The position numbers and the translations under genes were made by a program. DNA of 64,000 bases from Desulfobacterales bacterium (GTDB lineage Bacteria; Desulfobacterota; Desulfobacteria; Desulfobacterales; SURF-7), in NCBI GenBank assembly GCA_046484745.1, contig JAWOIJ010000046.1, positions 74,743 to 138,742 of the forward strand, read 5' to 3'. The notes under the pieces were generated by a model that was not told the origin of the DNA, searched no databases, and saw only the letters and a list, made by a program, of their open reading frames with translations. Positions 46,748 through 63,074 of the stretch are shown piece by piece (positions within the stretch are counted from its first letter, which is position 1; each line of letters begins with the position of its first letter).

Positions 46748-47770
46748 ATGAAAGATACCAGACCGATTATTGGAATTACCATGGGAGATCCGGTTGGCAT
46801 CGGCCCGGAAATCGTGCTGCTTGCGTTGGAAGATCCTTCCCTTTATACGTGCTGCCGTCCTCTTGTATTCGGTGATATTCGTATTCTCGATGCAGCGGGC
46901 AGATGCTTAAACCGTCCTGTCATATTGAATCGGGTGAAATTTCCTTCTTCCGGGAAGTATACCCCTGGATCCGTTGATGTGATTGACCAGACTGACCTTG
47001 ACCCCTCGAAGATCAGCTGGGGAAATCCATCCGGGCTGACCGGGTGTGCCATGATCACCTATATAAAGTCTGCCGTTGACATGGCGATTGCCGGAGAAAT
47101 TGCCGCGATGGTCACCGGGCCTATCAATAAAAGAGCCATGAAAATGGCCGGAAGTGAATTTCCAGGGCATACAGAGTATATTGCCCATCGAACAAAATCG
47201 GATAATTTCGTAATGATGATGGCCGGTAAAAAACTGCGGGTTTCACTAGTAACCATTCATCTGTCGTTGAAGGAGGCTGCAGCATCCCTGATGACGGAGA
47301 AGATTCTCAAGACAATTGAAATTACACATCTGGCTCTGAAGACACGCTTTGGGTTGAAAAAGCCTCGTATCGCGGTTGCCGGTTTGAATCCTCATGCAGG
47401 AGAAGAGGGTCTCTTTGGAAGTGAAGAGCAGGACATCATTTCACCTGCTGTCCGAAAAGCCGTAGAAAAAGGAATGGATGTGTTCGGTCCGTTTCCTCCG
47501 GATACCGTTTTTTATCATGCGTATCAAGGACAGTATGATACTGTTGTGTGTATGTACCATGATCAGGGCTTGATTCCTTTTAAACTGTTGCATTTTATGG
47601 ATGGCGTAAATACAACCCTCGGGCTTCCGGTTATACGGACTTCAGTCGACCATGGAACCGCCTATGATATTGCGGGAACCGGAAAGGCTGATTGCGGCAG
47701 TATGACTGCCGCAATCAGAATGGCGGCATCCCAGGCGGCTTTTCTGTCCGAAAAGCAGGAGACCTCATAG
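46748..47770 (+). CDS. pdxA: 4-hydroxythreonine-4-phosphate dehydrogenase
   Basis: IGITMGDPVGIGPEI, TGPINK, HTEY, GLNPHAGE, MYHDQGLIPFK and RTSVDHGTAYDIAG. Confidence 0.92.
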   Translation: MKDTRPIIGITMGDPVGIGPEIVLLALEDPSLYTCCRPLVFGDIRILDAAGRCLNRPVILNRVKFPSSGKYTPGSVDVIDQTDLDPSKISWGNPSGLTGCAMITYIKSAVDMAIAGEIAAMVTGPINKRAMKMAGSEFPGHTEYIAHRTKSDNFVMMMAGKKLRVSLVTIHLSLKEAAASLMTEKILKTIEITHLALKTRFGLKKPRIAVAGLNPHAGEEGLFGSEEQDIISPAVRKAVEKGMDVFGPFPPDTVFYHAYQGQYDTVVCMYHDQGLIPFKLLHFMDGVNTTLGLPVIRTSVDHGTAYDIAGTGKADCGSMTAAIRMAASQAAFLSEKQETS

Positions 47771-50623
47771 ATGAGATCCGATATGATCATAATCCGCGGT
47801 GCAAGACAGCATAATCTGAAAAATGTCGATGTTGATCTGCCCCGGAACAGACTGATTGTCATCACGGGTTTATCGGGTTCCGGCAAATCGACCCTTGCCT
47901 TTGATACACTGTATGCCGAAGGACAGCGCCGGTATGTTGAATCTCTTTCCACATATGCGCGTCAGTTTCTGGAACGAATGGATAAACCGGATGTGGATAC
48001 GATCGAGGGTCTTTCTCCGGCAATTGCCATTGAACAAAAGACAGCAAGCCATAACCCAAGATCTACCGTTGGAACCGTTACGGAAATTTATGATTATTTT
48101 CGCCTCCTGTTTGCCCGCATTGGAATTCCCCATTGTTATGTCTGCGGTCAGCCCATCACATCTCAGACGGTTGATCAGATAATCGACAGGATCATGGCAA
48201 TGGCGGAAGGTACAAAGATAATCATTATGTCACCCCTGACAAAAGAACAGAAGGGCACCCATGAGAAGCTGTTTCATCAGCTCCGCAAAGATGGATTCGC
48301 CCGTATACGGGTGGATGGTGAGATTCTGGATATCGAGAATACATCGAAACTGGATAAAAACAAGAAGCATTCCATCGATGTTGTGATTGACAGGCTTGTT
48401 ATCCAAAACAAAATCAGAAACCGGCTGGCTGATTCATTAGAACTGGCTATGGCTCAATCCGATGGGTTGGCTGCCGTGGATGTGATTGGTGGGCCGGAGA
48501 TTCTTTTCAGTGAAAAATCCGCATGCACGGCATGCGGTGTCAGTTATTCCGAGTTTACGCCGGCCGGTTTTTCCTTTAATTCGCCCCAGGGAGCCTGCCC
48601 GCGGTGCGACGGTCTGGGATCAACCACGGAATTTGATCCGGATCTGATTGTGCCGAATCAGGAACTGTCGCTGCGTGAAGGGGCGGTGTCGCCCTGGGAA
48701 AACAGAAATTCAGTGCAGTTCGCGGAGTTTTTGGATGCCCTTACAATACAGTATGGCGTTGATATTTATACCCCGTATAACCAACTTCCCGATCATTTCA
48801 AGAAGGTTCTGCTTTATGGCTCGGGTGGTGAAAAAATTCCTTTCTACGTTGAAGAAAATGAAAGGCGCGTGATTTATCGAAAAAAAGTTGAAGGGGTGAT
48901 ACCGAACCTGGAACGTCGCTACAAGGAAACAGATTCTTTTCAGGCACGAGAAGAGATAAAAAGATACATGAACTTCCGCCCCTGCTCGGAGTGCGGAGGC
49001 AGCCGTTTAAACAGGTCAAGCCGTTCCGTAAAAATTGAAGGTTTGAACATTGCAGATATTTCAGCGATGTCGGTTGAAAATGCGTTTGAATTTTTCAATG
49101 ATCTGAAACTTTCCGGGAAACGAGCTGCAATTGCAGAGAAAATATTAAAAGAGATCATCGAGCGGCTGGGGTTTCTCAAAAATGTCGGGCTTTCGTATCT
49201 GACTATTCATCGAGCAGCGTCGACACTTTCCGGTGGAGAGAGTCAGCGAATCCGCCTTGCGACGCAGATTGGATCAAAATTGACCGGTGTCCTTTATGTG
49301 CTGGATGAGCCGAGCATCGGACTTCATCAGAGGGATAACCGGAAACTGCTTGAAACCCTGCTTAAAATGAGGGATCTTGGCAATACCGTCCTTGTAGTAG
49401 AGCATGATGAAGAGACAATCATGGCTGCGGATCACATTGTTGATATGGGGCCGGCTGCAGGGATGAACGGAGGGCAGGTTGTCTTTTCCGGATCATCCCG
49501 GGAACTGCTGAAACACCCTGATTCGTTGACCGGGCAGTATTTGTCCGGCAGAAAAAAGATCGATACCCCTGCCAGAAGGCGTTTGAATACCGGGAAAAAG
49601 CTTGTTATCAAGGGAGCTTCCGCAAATAATCTGAAACACATTGACGCTGAATTTCTGCTCGGATGCTTTAACTGCGTAACCGGGGTATCCGGATCCGGCA
49701 AATCGACACTTGTTTTTGAAACATTATATCGCGTGCTTTCCCAGAAGCTTTATCAGGCCAGAATTCCCGCAGGAAAATATGATGAAATAAAGGGATTGGA
49801 ACATGTCGACAAGGTGGTGAATATCGATCAGTCCCCTATCGGACGGACTCCGCGTTCAAACCCCGGGACCTATACAGGGATTTTTTCATTTATTCGTGAG
49901 CTTTTTACAAGAACCCCCGAAGCCCGTATTCGCGGATACAAACCGGGCCGTTTCAGTTTTAATGTCAAGGGGGGCAGGTGTGAAGCATGCAGCGGCGACG
50001 GTATCATTAAAATAGAAATGCATTTCCTCCCGGACATATATGTCTCATGCGATGTCTGCATGGGCAAGCGCTATAACCGGGAAACCCTGGAAATTCGGTA
50101 CAAGGGAAAAAATATTTCGGAGGTTCTTGATTTGACGGTAAATCAGTCCCTTTCTTTTTTTGGCAAACTTGGAAAGATCAAATCGAAACTGCAAACGCTC
50201 GCAGATGTAGGACTTGGCTATATTAAGATCGGCCAGCCCGCAACAACGCTATCCGGAGGAGAAGCACAACGGGTAAAGCTGGCAAGGGAATTGAGCAAAA
50301 AAGGGACCGGACGGACAATTTACATTCTTGACGAACCCACGACCGGTCTCCATTCGGATGATATACGAAAGCTTCTGAACGTGCTTGGGATGCTTGTGGA
50401 TTCCGGTAATACGGTTATTGTGATCGAGCATAACCTGGATGTCATTAAGTATGCGGACCATATTATTGATCTTGGACCTGAAGGCGGAGACAAGGGCGGG
50501 GAGGTTGTCGGTGTTGGAACTCCCGAAGCGATTGCAGAAAATAGAAGATCCTATACCGGGCAGTACTTAAAGAAAGCCTTGTCCGGACCCGTTTCGGATT
50601 CAATGTTGCATGAGATACCGTAA
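47771..50623 (+). CDS. uvrA: Excinuclease ABC subunit A
   Basis: [11 protein letters not shown], two ABC modules ([14 protein letters not shown] and [11 protein letters not shown]; LSGGESQR and LSGGEAQR) and zinc-finger Cys clusters. The ATG immediately follows the pdxA stop. Confidence 0.97.
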   Translation: MRSDMIIIRGARQHNLKNVDVDLPRNRLIVITGLSGSGKSTLAFDTLYAEGQRRYVESLSTYARQFLERMDKPDVDTIEGLSPAIAIEQKTASHNPRSTVGTVTEIYDYFRLLFARIGIPHCYVCGQPITSQTVDQIIDRIMAMAEGTKIIIMSPLTKEQKGTHEKLFHQLRKDGFARIRVDGEILDIENTSKLDKNKKHSIDVVIDRLVIQNKIRNRLADSLELAMAQSDGLAAVDVIGGPEILFSEKSACTACGVSYSEFTPAGFSFNSPQGACPRCDGLGSTTEFDPDLIVPNQELSLREGAVSPWENRNSVQFAEFLDALTIQYGVDIYTPYNQLPDHFKKVLLYGSGGEKIPFYVEENERRVIYRKKVEGVIPNLERRYKETDSFQAREEIKRYMNFRPCSECGGSRLNRSSRSVKIEGLNIADISAMSVENAFEFFNDLKLSGKRAAIAEKILKEIIERLGFLKNVGLSYLTIHRAASTLSGGESQRIRLATQIGSKLTGVLYVLDEPSIGLHQRDNRKLLETLLKMRDLGNTVLVVEHDEETIMAADHIVDMGPAAGMNGGQVVFSGSSRELLKHPDSLTGQYLSGRKKIDTPARRRLNTGKKLVIKGASANNLKHIDAEFLLGCFNCVTGVSGSGKSTLVFETLYRVLSQKLYQARIPAGKYDEIKGLEHVDKVVNIDQSPIGRTPRSNPGTYTGIFSFIRELFTRTPEARIRGYKPGRFSFNVKGGRCEACSGDGIIKIEMHFLPDIYVSCDVCMGKRYNRETLEIRYKGKNISEVLDLTVNQSLSFFGKLGKIKSKLQTLADVGLGYIKIGQPATTLSGGEAQRVKLARELSKKGTGRTIYILDEPTTGLHSDDIRKLLNVLGMLVDSGNTVIVIEHNLDVIKYADHIIDLGPEGGDKGGEVVGVGTPEAIAENRRSYTGQYLKKALSGPVSDSMLHEIP

Positions 50624-50896
50624 GGTGCATTCGAGATTGCAGGGTATCCAGGGCGGATCGCCGGGAAGCTGTGACTGAAATGCTCGAATCAGTTGATACC
50701 ATATCAAAGGAAGTCCGTCTGCTGAAAATACGGGAGGGATCTCCTTTCGACAGTAGAGACCACGTCAGTTCATGCATTTCCGGCATCCGGCTGTCCGTGG
50801 TTTTTTTCCTCTTGCTTTATACGACTTGAATTTATAAACAAGATGCAGGATAGGAACAAAAGTTTATACACACTCAGGACATCCCGATAATATTCT

Positions 50897-53800
50897 ATGA
50901 AAAACAGACCTGTCGCTTCCAAGTTCAGTGGGATCATTTTTTTTTCAATATGTGTCTCCGTTCTTGTATCTTCAATTGCTATAAGCATTTTTCTTCTTAA
51001 TCGATCCAGTCGTGACATGCATGAAAAGGATATGCTGCACATAAAGGGCCTTTCCGGAACGGTTAAGGGATTACTGGATCATGCGTTCAGTCTGAATTAC
51101 CAGCTGTCAATGAACCCGATCATTGTCGAAGCGGTTGATTCTGCCGATGAAGACTGGGATCAGCGGGTCAGGAAATATAGGATCGGGAAAAAAACTGGAA
51201 ACGCTTTGGGTGACCGAAGCGGGGAATCCCTGCTTGTAACGATGCAGAAGCGATATGATTTCGTCGAGCTCTTTTTTGCTCAGGATATCAAGGGAGACCA
51301 GGTCGCGAGGAGCTTTGGGGATCTGGGACATCGCGGGCAGCGATGGTGGTTTAAAAAATTTATCGAAGAAGGTCATAAGCCTTTTATCTCAAAATCTTAT
51401 TATTCCATAACCGGGGATAAGCCGGTAACATCCGTATTCCATGGGATATGGAAAAACGGCCGAATTGTTGGCGTCATGGGAACAGACATCAATTTTGCCA
51501 AGCTTCAGGAAATGGTTCATAATTATTTGAATGCAAAAGATCTTTCAGCAATTGTACTTGACAATGCAGGCGTAATTATAGCGCATCCTGATCAAAACAA
51601 ACTCAGGGAAATGTATAACCTGAAAAATCTTACAAGAAATGTCCTGGTAAAAAATCGGTCAGGAGGTTCTGTTCAGAATCAAACAGGCTACCACAGGACC
51701 CGGGATGTTCAATTGGACTGGTCTCCCGTTGTTTCCGACCTTGTTACCCTGGTTTCGAACGGCGAAAGCGGCTTTGCCGACAATGTCGTTCTCGAGGGCG
51801 TTAATACGAAGATATATTATGAATCCATTCCACTTCCAGGAGATTACGGCAGCAATGGAAACTATGCGGTAATCATGATCCGGGATAATTCTTCCCTGAC
51901 GGTAACCAAGTTCTGGCTGTGTGCGCTTGTTTTTCTTTTTACGGCACTCTTTACTTTTTTTCTGTTTTTTCTGTTTCACATACAATTTCGAAAAGTAATC
52001 CTGTCTCCTCTTAAAAAGCTTACCCTTTCCATGCAGGATATGGACAGCCTGGCCCCGAAAGAAGTTATTATCGATACAAACGATGAATTCCAGACGCTGG
52101 CTGAGACATATAACAGGATGCTCAGAAAACTGGGAAAGGCGCGCAGCGAACTGTTCAGTCTCAATGAAGAGCTTGAGAAACGGGTTGAGTCGCGCACCGA
52201 GGAGCTGAAAGAGGCGAACAGACGGCTTCAGCAGGATATTGTCGCTCGCGAAAAAATTGAAAAAGCACTCCGTGAAAGTGAGGATCGCTATCGGAAGATA
52301 TTTAAAGCAGCACCCGATTCCATTATGATTATCCGTATTGCGGATCGTAAATTTATTGATGTGAACGAGGCGTTCTGCGTTTTATCAGGACGTTCAAGAG
52401 AAGAGATTATCGGGAAAACACCTGCTGATCTGAATATTGTTGTCGATCAGTCGGATATGGAAAAAATCAGAAAAACACTGGTGGAAAGAATTGAGGTGAG
52501 TGGGCTTGAGATCGAATGCAGGAGAAAAGATGGTACGACACTGAATACGATCGTCTCTGCCAGAAGCTTGAACTATGGTGACGAGGAATGCCTGATCGCC
52601 ATCCTGACGGACATCACGGCCCGCAAGCAGATAGAAGCGTCTCTCCAGGAGTCCGAGGAAAAATACCGTCTTCTGGCCGAGAACGCGAATGATGCTATTT
52701 TTATCGTGCAGAATGGACGAATCCTTTTTCCAAATCCAAAAGCAGTAGAACTCGGTAAATATCTTGGAAGCCGATCCGCACTTTCCTCCTATTTTGATTA
52801 CATTCATCCTGAAGAAAGAAAGATGATTATCGAAAGGCATCTGAAAAGAATTTCCGGTGAATCGCTTCCTGAAATCTGTTCCTTTCGGCTGGTCACGGAT
52901 TCCGGAAAGGAGTTATGGGTGGAGCTGAATGATGTTTCTATTTTCTGGGGAGGCCGGCCCGCTATTCTCAGTTTTTTGCGTGATATCACTGCGCAGAAAA
53001 AAATGGAATCACGGGTGGAAAAAGCCCAGAGAATGGATTCGATCGGAACCCTTGCCGGAGGAATTGCGCATAACTTCAATAATCTTTTGATGGGTATTCA
53101 GGGGAATCTTTCCTTGATATTGTTGAATGAAGAGATGAGTCAGCACCATCAGGATGAGTTGAAGAGCATTGAACGCTGTATCGAAAACGGGGCTAATTTG
53201 ACAAAGCAGCTTCTGGGGTTTGCACGGGGTGGAAAATATTTTGTCACATCATTAAATCCCAATAAAATTATTTATAACACTTCAAAGATGTTCGCCCAGT
53301 CAAAACGGGAGATCAAAATTCACAGCAGCTTTGAAAAAAATATTTGGACCATCGAAGCAGATCAGGGACAGATCGAACTCGTGTTATTGAATATTTATGT
53401 CAACGCGGCCCAGGCAATGGAAAAAGGCGGTGACCTGTATTTGAAAACGGAAAATGTTGTTTTTTCCGAATCAGAGGCTGCGTTTTTGGGAATTTCCGCT
53501 GGGAAATACGTTAAAATGTCCATCGCGGATACGGGCCCGGGAATCGACAAGAAGGTTCTGGAAAAAATATTCGAGCCTTTTTATACAACAAAGGAGGTCG
53601 GCGAAGGCACCGGGCTGGGACTGGCTTCAGCCTTTGGCATCGTAAAAAACCATGGCGGTTTTATTGATGTAGAGACCAACAAGAACGAGGGCGCAAGATT
53701 TGACGTTTTTCTGCCGGCAACGGAAAAAAAATATTCGGCAGAGGATATACCAGTGGAACACCTTGAGAAAGGTACGGAAACCATTCTGCTTATAGATGAT

Positions 53801-54142
53801 GAGACGATTGTTATCGATGTGTGCCGATCCATGCTCAAAGAGCTTGGATACGAGGTTATCGTCGCAAGAGGCGGCAAGGCAGCCATAGAAATTTATGCCG
53901 GGAAAAAAGAGAATATCTCACTGGTTATTCTTGACATCATCATGCCGGACATGGATGGTGAGAAAGTATTTGACAAAATACGTGAGATCAATCCGAGAGC
54001 CAAAGTCCTTCTTTCCAGCGGCTGCAGTATTGATGCCCAGGCTTCAGCGATTCTGTCAAAAGGCTGTGACGGGTTTATACAGAAACCGTTTAAGATCAAG
54101 CAACTTTCGTTATCCGTCCGAGAGATTCTCGGTAAAGATTGA
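50897..54142 (+). CDS. Hybrid sensor histidine kinase/response regulator (Cache-like periplasmic domain, HAMP, two PAS, HisKA/HATPase, REC)
   Basis: Two TM segments flank a roughly 300-aa extracytoplasmic domain. It has a coiled-coil/HAMP region, PAS repeats (SEDRYRKIFKAAPDSIMI; SEEKYRLLAENANDAIFI), an H-box LAGGIAHNFNNLL, N/G boxes (DTGPGI, GTGLGLA) and a REC domain (ILLIDDE...LDIIMPDMDG...KPF). Confidence 0.9.
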   Translation: MKNRPVASKFSGIIFFSICVSVLVSSIAISIFLLNRSSRDMHEKDMLHIKGLSGTVKGLLDHAFSLNYQLSMNPIIVEAVDSADEDWDQRVRKYRIGKKTGNALGDRSGESLLVTMQKRYDFVELFFAQDIKGDQVARSFGDLGHRGQRWWFKKFIEEGHKPFISKSYYSITGDKPVTSVFHGIWKNGRIVGVMGTDINFAKLQEMVHNYLNAKDLSAIVLDNAGVIIAHPDQNKLREMYNLKNLTRNVLVKNRSGGSVQNQTGYHRTRDVQLDWSPVVSDLVTLVSNGESGFADNVVLEGVNTKIYYESIPLPGDYGSNGNYAVIMIRDNSSLTVTKFWLCALVFLFTALFTFFLFFLFHIQFRKVILSPLKKLTLSMQDMDSLAPKEVIIDTNDEFQTLAETYNRMLRKLGKARSELFSLNEELEKRVESRTEELKEANRRLQQDIVAREKIEKALRESEDRYRKIFKAAPDSIMIIRIADRKFIDVNEAFCVLSGRSREEIIGKTPADLNIVVDQSDMEKIRKTLVERIEVSGLEIECRRKDGTTLNTIVSARSLNYGDEECLIAILTDITARKQIEASLQESEEKYRLLAENANDAIFIVQNGRILFPNPKAVELGKYLGSRSALSSYFDYIHPEERKMIIERHLKRISGESLPEICSFRLVTDSGKELWVELNDVSIFWGGRPAILSFLRDITAQKKMESRVEKAQRMDSIGTLAGGIAHNFNNLLMGIQGNLSLILLNEEMSQHHQDELKSIERCIENGANLTKQLLGFARGGKYFVTSLNPNKIIYNTSKMFAQSKREIKIHSSFEKNIWTIEADQGQIELVLLNIYVNAAQAMEKGGDLYLKTENVVFSESEAAFLGISAGKYVKMSIADTGPGIDKKVLEKIFEPFYTTKEVGEGTGLGLASAFGIVKNHGGFIDVETNKNEGARFDVFLPATEKKYSAEDIPVEHLEKGTETILLIDDETIVIDVCRSMLKELGYEVIVARGGKAAIEIYAGKKENISLVILDIIMPDMDGEKVFDKIREINPRAKVLLSSGCSIDAQASAILSKGCDGFIQKPFKIKQLSLSVREILGKD

Positions 54143-54378
54143 AGGGACATGGGATCGATTCAATGCATTCGATAATTGACAAAAAGGCCTTTTTTAAATA
54201 TAACCCGTCTATACGATTTGGTTTTTTAATATTCCCGGACAAACCAGACACCTTGGCACGGTTTCCTGCACCAGCGGCACTTGGGTCGGTTTGATCTCCG
54301 GCTTTGAACAGGGTTGTCTGGCGAATCGTATCTGTGCTATGTTATAGCGTTCCTTTTTTGTTGCCAAGGAAATGATCC

Positions 54379-54789
54379 ATGGTACCATCTGAAAAAGAAA
54401 CACCCGCGAACAAGAGGCTGTATAAACGTTACAAGGTTCTTGACGGAATCTTTGTGGTACTGCATCCTTCATCTCATTCATCGAAATTGGGAAGTATGGT
54501 TGATATCAGCAGGGGGGGGCTTTCATTTCAGTTTATTGACACAAAAGAGGTGGGAAGCAGTTATTCTGAACTGGATGTTTTTGTCAGCGGACATGGTATA
54601 AAACTGGAATCGTTACCGTTTGAAATTATTTCAGATATTATGATGGAAACCGAGAGTCCCTTTTATCCGGTTGTTACAAGAAGGGTAGGTGTAAAATTTT
54701 TTCCTCTTCCCGAGGCAAAAAAAAATCAGGTTTACTCATTTATTCAGAAACATGCGATATATGACACCCTCCCTGACAATCTGGCATAG
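54379..54789 (+). CDS. Stand-alone PilZ-domain protein (putative c-di-GMP receptor)
   Basis: An RxxxR-type motif (NKRLYKRYKV) followed about 28 aa later by DISRGGLSF (D/NxSxxG). AAGGAA SD 7 nt upstream. Confidence 0.75.
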   Translation: MVPSEKETPANKRLYKRYKVLDGIFVVLHPSSHSSKLGSMVDISRGGLSFQFIDTKEVGSSYSELDVFVSGHGIKLESLPFEIISDIMMETESPFYPVVTRRVGVKFFPLPEAKKNQVYSFIQKHAIYDTLPDNLA

Positions 54790-54930
54790 TGTAAGCAAAA
54801 AGTTTTGAAACGATCTCTGAAATGCCACAGGGCCTTACCCCAAGGTCCGGACGATAACCGATCCATCCCGATATATCCTTCTGAATGCCTTTTTTCAGCT
54901 CTATTTTTTTCATTTGTCTTCGACTTCGGG

Positions 54931-54958
54931 CTTGACAATTCATGTTTTGCACACATCT
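54931..54958 (+). promoter_or_regulatory. Possible sigma-32-type heat-shock promoter upstream of htpG
   Basis: CTTGACA (54931-54937), a 13-nt spacer, then ACACATCT (54951-54958), compared with the consensus CTTGAA-N13-17-CCCCATNT. The match is partial. Confidence 0.25.
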
Positions 54959-55099
54959 TTTGATAGTTTCAATCGCCCTGTAAATCTTAAATTTGAATTT
55001 CGAAAAGAAGGGCTTACGGTGTTTACCATGTTTTTCCATGGTAAGACTGTCAGATAATCGATCCAGTTTAATAATCCTTATTGATAGAAAGGAGTGGTA

Positions 55100-57034
55100 A
55101 TGAAAGGGAAAAAGGAAACACGTCAGTTCAAGACAGAGGTTCAGCAGCTTCTTAACCTTATCATCAATTCCCTGTATTCCAACAGGGAGATTTTTCTGCG
55201 GGAGCTTATCTCCAATGCATCAGATGCCATCGACAAACTTCGATTTCGATCTCAGACAGAACCGGAAATTCTTGGAGATGATGTTGAATTCAAAATCAAG
55301 CTTATTCCGGATCAGAAAAAGCAGACGCTTACGGTTTCCGATAATGGTATTGGAATGACATATGATGAAGTCATGGAGAATATCGGCACCATCGCAAAAA
55401 GCGGCACATCGGCTTTTTTGGAGGCGCTGGAAAAATCCAAAAACAATAAAACGCTTGCGCCTGAGTTGATCGGACAGTTTGGAGTCGGATTTTACAGTGC
55501 TTTTATTGTCGCGAAAAAAGTCACGATCATTACACGGGCGTCTGAATCGGATACTGCCGTCAAATGGGAGTCAACAGGAGATGGGTCATACACCATCGAA
55601 GAAACGACCAAAAAAGCCAGGGGAACGGATATTATTCTCAAACTGAAGAAAAAAGAGGAAGGGGAACAGGATTTTACCGATGAATGGACGATTCGTGAGA
55701 TTGTAAAAAAACATTCCGATTTTGTGAATTATCCGATTGTGATGGATGTTGAAAGAAATGAGCCAATCCCTGACAAAGACAAGATACTGGACAAGGACGG
55801 CAAACCGGTCGGGGATACCACGAAAAAGGTTGTCCGGGAGGAGACTCTCAATTCGATGAAAGCCATCTGGCTGAAGAATAAAAATGAAATTACCGAAGAA
55901 GAACATGCCGAGTTTTATAAACATTTAAGCCATGACTGGAATCCTCCCCTGACAAACATGCATCTGAAACTGGAAGGTACCGTGGAATACAGTGTGCTTC
56001 TTTACATCCCTTCCAAAGCTCCTTTTGATATGTTTATGCCGGAACGAAAGCACGGTCTGCAGCTGTATTGCAAGCGTGTATTTATTATGGAGAACTGCAA
56101 GGAACTGATACCGGAATATTTCAGTTTTGTGAAGGGAGTGGTTGACGCTCCGGACTTGAACCTGAATGTAAGTCGTGAAATTCTTCAACAGGACAGGCTT
56201 GTCAGGAATATTCGTAAAAACCTGGTCAGTAAATTATTTAAACTCCTTTCCGACATGGAAAAAGAAAAATATGAAGCGTTCTATAAGGAGTTCGGCCAAA
56301 TTCTCAAAACCGGAATTCATACTGATTTTGAAAACAAGGATAAAATATCAGAGCTTGTCCGGTATCGAACATCCAAATCCGGTGAAGATTTTATTTCCCT
56401 TAAAGAGTATGTCTCGAGAATGAAGTCGGATCAGAAGGATATCTACTACATTACCGGGGATAGCCTTTCTTCCATTTTGAATAGCCCGCATATCGAAGCG
56501 CTGAAGGAGAAAGACTATGAAGTCCTTTTGATGACAGACCCGGTTGATGAATGGGTAGTCATGTCTCTTACCGAATATGACGGCAAAAAGCTTAAAAGCG
56601 CGGAAAAAGGTGACCTTGATCTGAATAAGGTTGATGAGAAAATAAAGGATGAGTTTACCTCCCTTTTTGATCATATCAAATCAAGGCTTGAAAAAAATAT
56701 CAAGGAAGTCAAACCATCTACGCGTTTGAAGGATTCTGTGGCATGTCTGTCCGGAGATAACCATGATATGAGCGCCTACATGGAGAAAATACTGAAGTCA
56801 TCCGGTCAGGAGATACCGAAAAGCAAGCGAGTCCTGGAATTGAATGTGGAGCATCCGGTTGTTGTCGGGATTAAAGACCTGTTTCAAAAAGACAAGGAAA
56901 ACGAGCAGATTAATGATTACAGCGATTTGCTCTATGACATTGCCGTGGTCGGTGAGGGGGGGAAGGTGGAAAATCCATCCCGTTTTTCCAGGATGATCGG
57001 GGATCTGATGAAAACGGCATTGAAAGCCGGATAG
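55100..57034 (+). CDS. htpG: Molecular chaperone HtpG (Hsp90)
   Basis: [48 protein letters not shown], and the middle and C-terminal domains. AAAGGAG SD 5 nt before ATG 55100 (the listed ORF starts at GTG 55094). Confidence 0.95.
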   Translation: MKGKKETRQFKTEVQQLLNLIINSLYSNREIFLRELISNASDAIDKLRFRSQTEPEILGDDVEFKIKLIPDQKKQTLTVSDNGIGMTYDEVMENIGTIAKSGTSAFLEALEKSKNNKTLAPELIGQFGVGFYSAFIVAKKVTIITRASESDTAVKWESTGDGSYTIEETTKKARGTDIILKLKKKEEGEQDFTDEWTIREIVKKHSDFVNYPIVMDVERNEPIPDKDKILDKDGKPVGDTTKKVVREETLNSMKAIWLKNKNEITEEEHAEFYKHLSHDWNPPLTNMHLKLEGTVEYSVLLYIPSKAPFDMFMPERKHGLQLYCKRVFIMENCKELIPEYFSFVKGVVDAPDLNLNVSREILQQDRLVRNIRKNLVSKLFKLLSDMEKEKYEAFYKEFGQILKTGIHTDFENKDKISELVRYRTSKSGEDFISLKEYVSRMKSDQKDIYYITGDSLSSILNSPHIEALKEKDYEVLLMTDPVDEWVVMSLTEYDGKKLKSAEKGDLDLNKVDEKIKDEFTSLFDHIKSRLEKNIKEVKPSTRLKDSVACLSGDNHDMSAYMEKILKSSGQEIPKSKRVLELNVEHPVVVGIKDLFQKDKENEQINDYSDLLYDIAVVGEGGKVENPSRFSRMIGDLMKTALKAG

Positions 57035-57065
57035 GACCATATATTGGATTGAAATATCTTGGAAT

Positions 57066-57476
57066 ATGATATATATGGATAAAAAGATATTCGCCGAATT
57101 CTTATCTTTTACAACCGGTATGAGGTATATGATGGAACAGGCTACCCCCAATGACCCGGAAACAGGAAACAGGCAGGAACCCAGGAAAGTTGTAGACAAA
57201 TATTACAGTGTGGAGTTTTCAATCGAAGCCCTGGAACCGGTCTATCAATTCAGGATATGGAACCTTTCAGAAAAAGGGATGTGCGTTTTGGTCCGGGAAG
57301 ACTCCGCGGTTCTCCATCATCTGCAGAAGGGGAAAATATTCAAAATGAAATATTATCCTACAGATTTTCCAGGACAGGTTGAACAGCTTGAAACAGAGGT
57401 CCGGCATGTTTCAAAAGATGACAAGGGACGATTCAAAGGTCATTTTATGGTCGGGCTTGCAATCCTGGAAAAATAA
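57066..57476 (+). CDS. Stand-alone PilZ-domain protein
   Basis: RQEPRK (RxxxR) followed about 25 aa later by NLSEKGMCV (NxSxxG). It lies 31 nt downstream of htpG; the start is uncertain. Confidence 0.6.
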   Translation: MIYMDKKIFAEFLSFTTGMRYMMEQATPNDPETGNRQEPRKVVDKYYSVEFSIEALEPVYQFRIWNLSEKGMCVLVREDSAVLHHLQKGKIFKMKYYPTDFPGQVEQLETEVRHVSKDDKGRFKGHFMVGLAILEK

Positions 57477-57555
57477 AACGGCCTGAACAGTTACTGCACA
57501 ATGATTGCTGTTATGATTGTTGAAATTGGTTTTGATATGATCGAGGGACCATGTT

Positions 57556-59166
57556 ATGCCCGAATTCCGCTACCAGGAGATGTTTCCTGTCCATGAAGAC
57601 CAGACCCGATACCGTTTGCTCTCCGATTCTTATCTGGTAAAAACATCGTTTGAGGAAGAAAGTGTTATTAAGGTTTTTCCCGAAGGATTGACGGAATTGG
57701 CCGAGACGGCTTTTAGAGAGGTGTCTCATCTTCTGCGTACTTCTCACATGGAACAGCTGAAAAAAATTATTGATGATCCGGAAAGTTCTGAAAATGATCG
57801 CTATGTGGCTCTTGAAATGATTAAAAATGCGGTGATCGCCGCTGACTATGTTTTTCCCATGTGCCAGGATACGGGTACTGCAATTATACTGGGTAAAAAA
57901 GGGCATAGAGTCTGGACCGGTTTTTCGGATGAAGAGGCGCTTTCCAGGGGGGTTTTCAACGCTTATACGAGAAATAATCTAAGGTATTCTCAAAACGCGC
58001 CCCTTGATATGTATCGTGAAGTAAATACAAAATGTAATCTGCCTGCTCAAATTGATATCCATTCCGTCCCCGGTGATGCGTATCACTTTTTATTTATGGC
58101 CAAAGGCGGGGGTTCGGCCAATAAAACCTTTTTATTTCAGGAGACAAAGGCCGTTCTGAATCCGAAGGTGCTGGTGGATTATCTGAAAAAAAAAATAAAA
58201 ACACTTGGAACAGCAGCCTGCCCGCCTTATCATCTGGCAATCGCGATCGGGGGGACTTCCGCGGAATTGAACTTAAAGGCGGTTAAGCTTGCCTCGGCAG
58301 GGTATCTGGATGGATTGCCGGAAAAAGGGAATGATTACGGGCATGCATTTCGTGATCATGATCTGGAGAAAAGACTGCTGGAAATAACCAGAAGACTGGG
58401 GATTGGCGCACAATTCGGTGGAAAGTACTTCTGTCATGATATCCGTGTCATCCGAATGCCGAGGCACGGGGCTTCATGCCCTGTCGGCATCGGAGTCAGT
58501 TGCAGTGCAGACAGAAACATCAAAGCAAAAATAACGGAAAAAGGGTTGTTTCTTGAGCAGCTTGAAACCGATCCCGCAAAATTTCTGCCCGAGTCTTCTG
58601 AAGATAAATCCAATGCCGTACAGATCGATCTGAACCGGCCCATGGATGAGATACGGAACATTCTCGCAAAATATCCTGTGGCGACAAGACTGCTTCTGAG
58701 CGGCCGGATTGTTGTTGCCAGAGACATTGCCCACGCGAAAATTTATGAACGACTCGAAAATGGAGACGGGCTTCCCGACTATTTTAAAGACCACATTGTC
58801 TATTACGCAGGTCCGGCCAAAACCCCATCCGGGTATCCTTCCGGTTCCTTTGGGCCGACAACCGCGGGCCGAATGGACCCCTATGTCCCTGCCTTTCAGA
58901 AAAACGGGGGGTCACTGGTCATGCTGGCAAAGGGCAACCGCTCAAAAAGCGTTACGGATTCGTGTAAAATTCATGGTGGATTCTATCTGGGGGCAATCGG
59001 CGGCCCGGCGGCAAGGATCGCAAAAGAGTGTATCACAAACGTTGAAACAATTGAATACCCGGAACTTGGAATGGAGGCTGTATTTCAAATTACCGTTAAG
59101 GATTTTCCGGCCTTTATTATTGTTGATGACAAGGGAAATGATTTTTTTGAAAATCTTCTGGTATAG
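57556..59166 (+). CDS. Class I (Fe-S) fumarate hydratase, fused alpha/beta type
   Basis: [22 protein letters not shown], a C-terminal beta-domain ([16 protein letters not shown]..., [18 protein letters not shown]) and the 536-aa length. Confidence 0.9.
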   Translation: MPEFRYQEMFPVHEDQTRYRLLSDSYLVKTSFEEESVIKVFPEGLTELAETAFREVSHLLRTSHMEQLKKIIDDPESSENDRYVALEMIKNAVIAADYVFPMCQDTGTAIILGKKGHRVWTGFSDEEALSRGVFNAYTRNNLRYSQNAPLDMYREVNTKCNLPAQIDIHSVPGDAYHFLFMAKGGGSANKTFLFQETKAVLNPKVLVDYLKKKIKTLGTAACPPYHLAIAIGGTSAELNLKAVKLASAGYLDGLPEKGNDYGHAFRDHDLEKRLLEITRRLGIGAQFGGKYFCHDIRVIRMPRHGASCPVGIGVSCSADRNIKAKITEKGLFLEQLETDPAKFLPESSEDKSNAVQIDLNRPMDEIRNILAKYPVATRLLLSGRIVVARDIAHAKIYERLENGDGLPDYFKDHIVYYAGPAKTPSGYPSGSFGPTTAGRMDPYVPAFQKNGGSLVMLAKGNRSKSVTDSCKIHGGFYLGAIGGPAARIAKECITNVETIEYPELGMEAVFQITVKDFPAFIIVDDKGNDFFENLLV

Positions 59167-59513
59167 GTTTTGATGGTGTGCCTGCCGTCATGCCCTTTTC
59201 ATTTTGAACGCCTGCTGTATCGGCGGGGTTCCATTGTTTTTCCTCTTTACAAGCAATATTTATTGGTATATTTTACCCATTTTAGAAAAAATTGATAGCT
59301 TTTGTGGGACTGTATGGCAGACAGTCCGTCTCTCGGATCTGATTTGCAAGATGTTATCCTCACAAGCAGCATAAGCCTGTTTCCACGGTTGATTGAAAAA
59401 AAAAGCAAGAATGCTTGCCCGCTGTTTTTAGAAAAGTGAAGATCATGGCTGCGTGCGGAGAGGAAATAATGTTCCGTAAATACCTGTTTACATATAATTA
59501 CCAGTAGGTTTAG

Positions 59514-63056
<3,543 letters not shown>

Positions 63057-63074
63057 GGTAAAGGAGTGATGCCC

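Noticed and set aside
50640-50810. Possible 50-codon ORF (ATG at 50680) or sRNA between uvrA and the histidine kinase, ending at an ACCACG...CGTGGTTTTTTT hairpin
   Set aside because: The hairpin with its T-run is adequately explained as the uvrA terminator. The ORF has no SD and no recognisable features, so the evidence is insufficient.
55023-55044. 8-bp palindrome TTACCATG-N6-CATGGTAA upstream of htpG, as a possible operator or RNA thermometer
   Set aside because: It does not overlap the SD/start (55088-55102) or the tentative promoter, and it matches no known heat-shock operator (CIRCE, HAIR). A single short palindrome could arise by chance.
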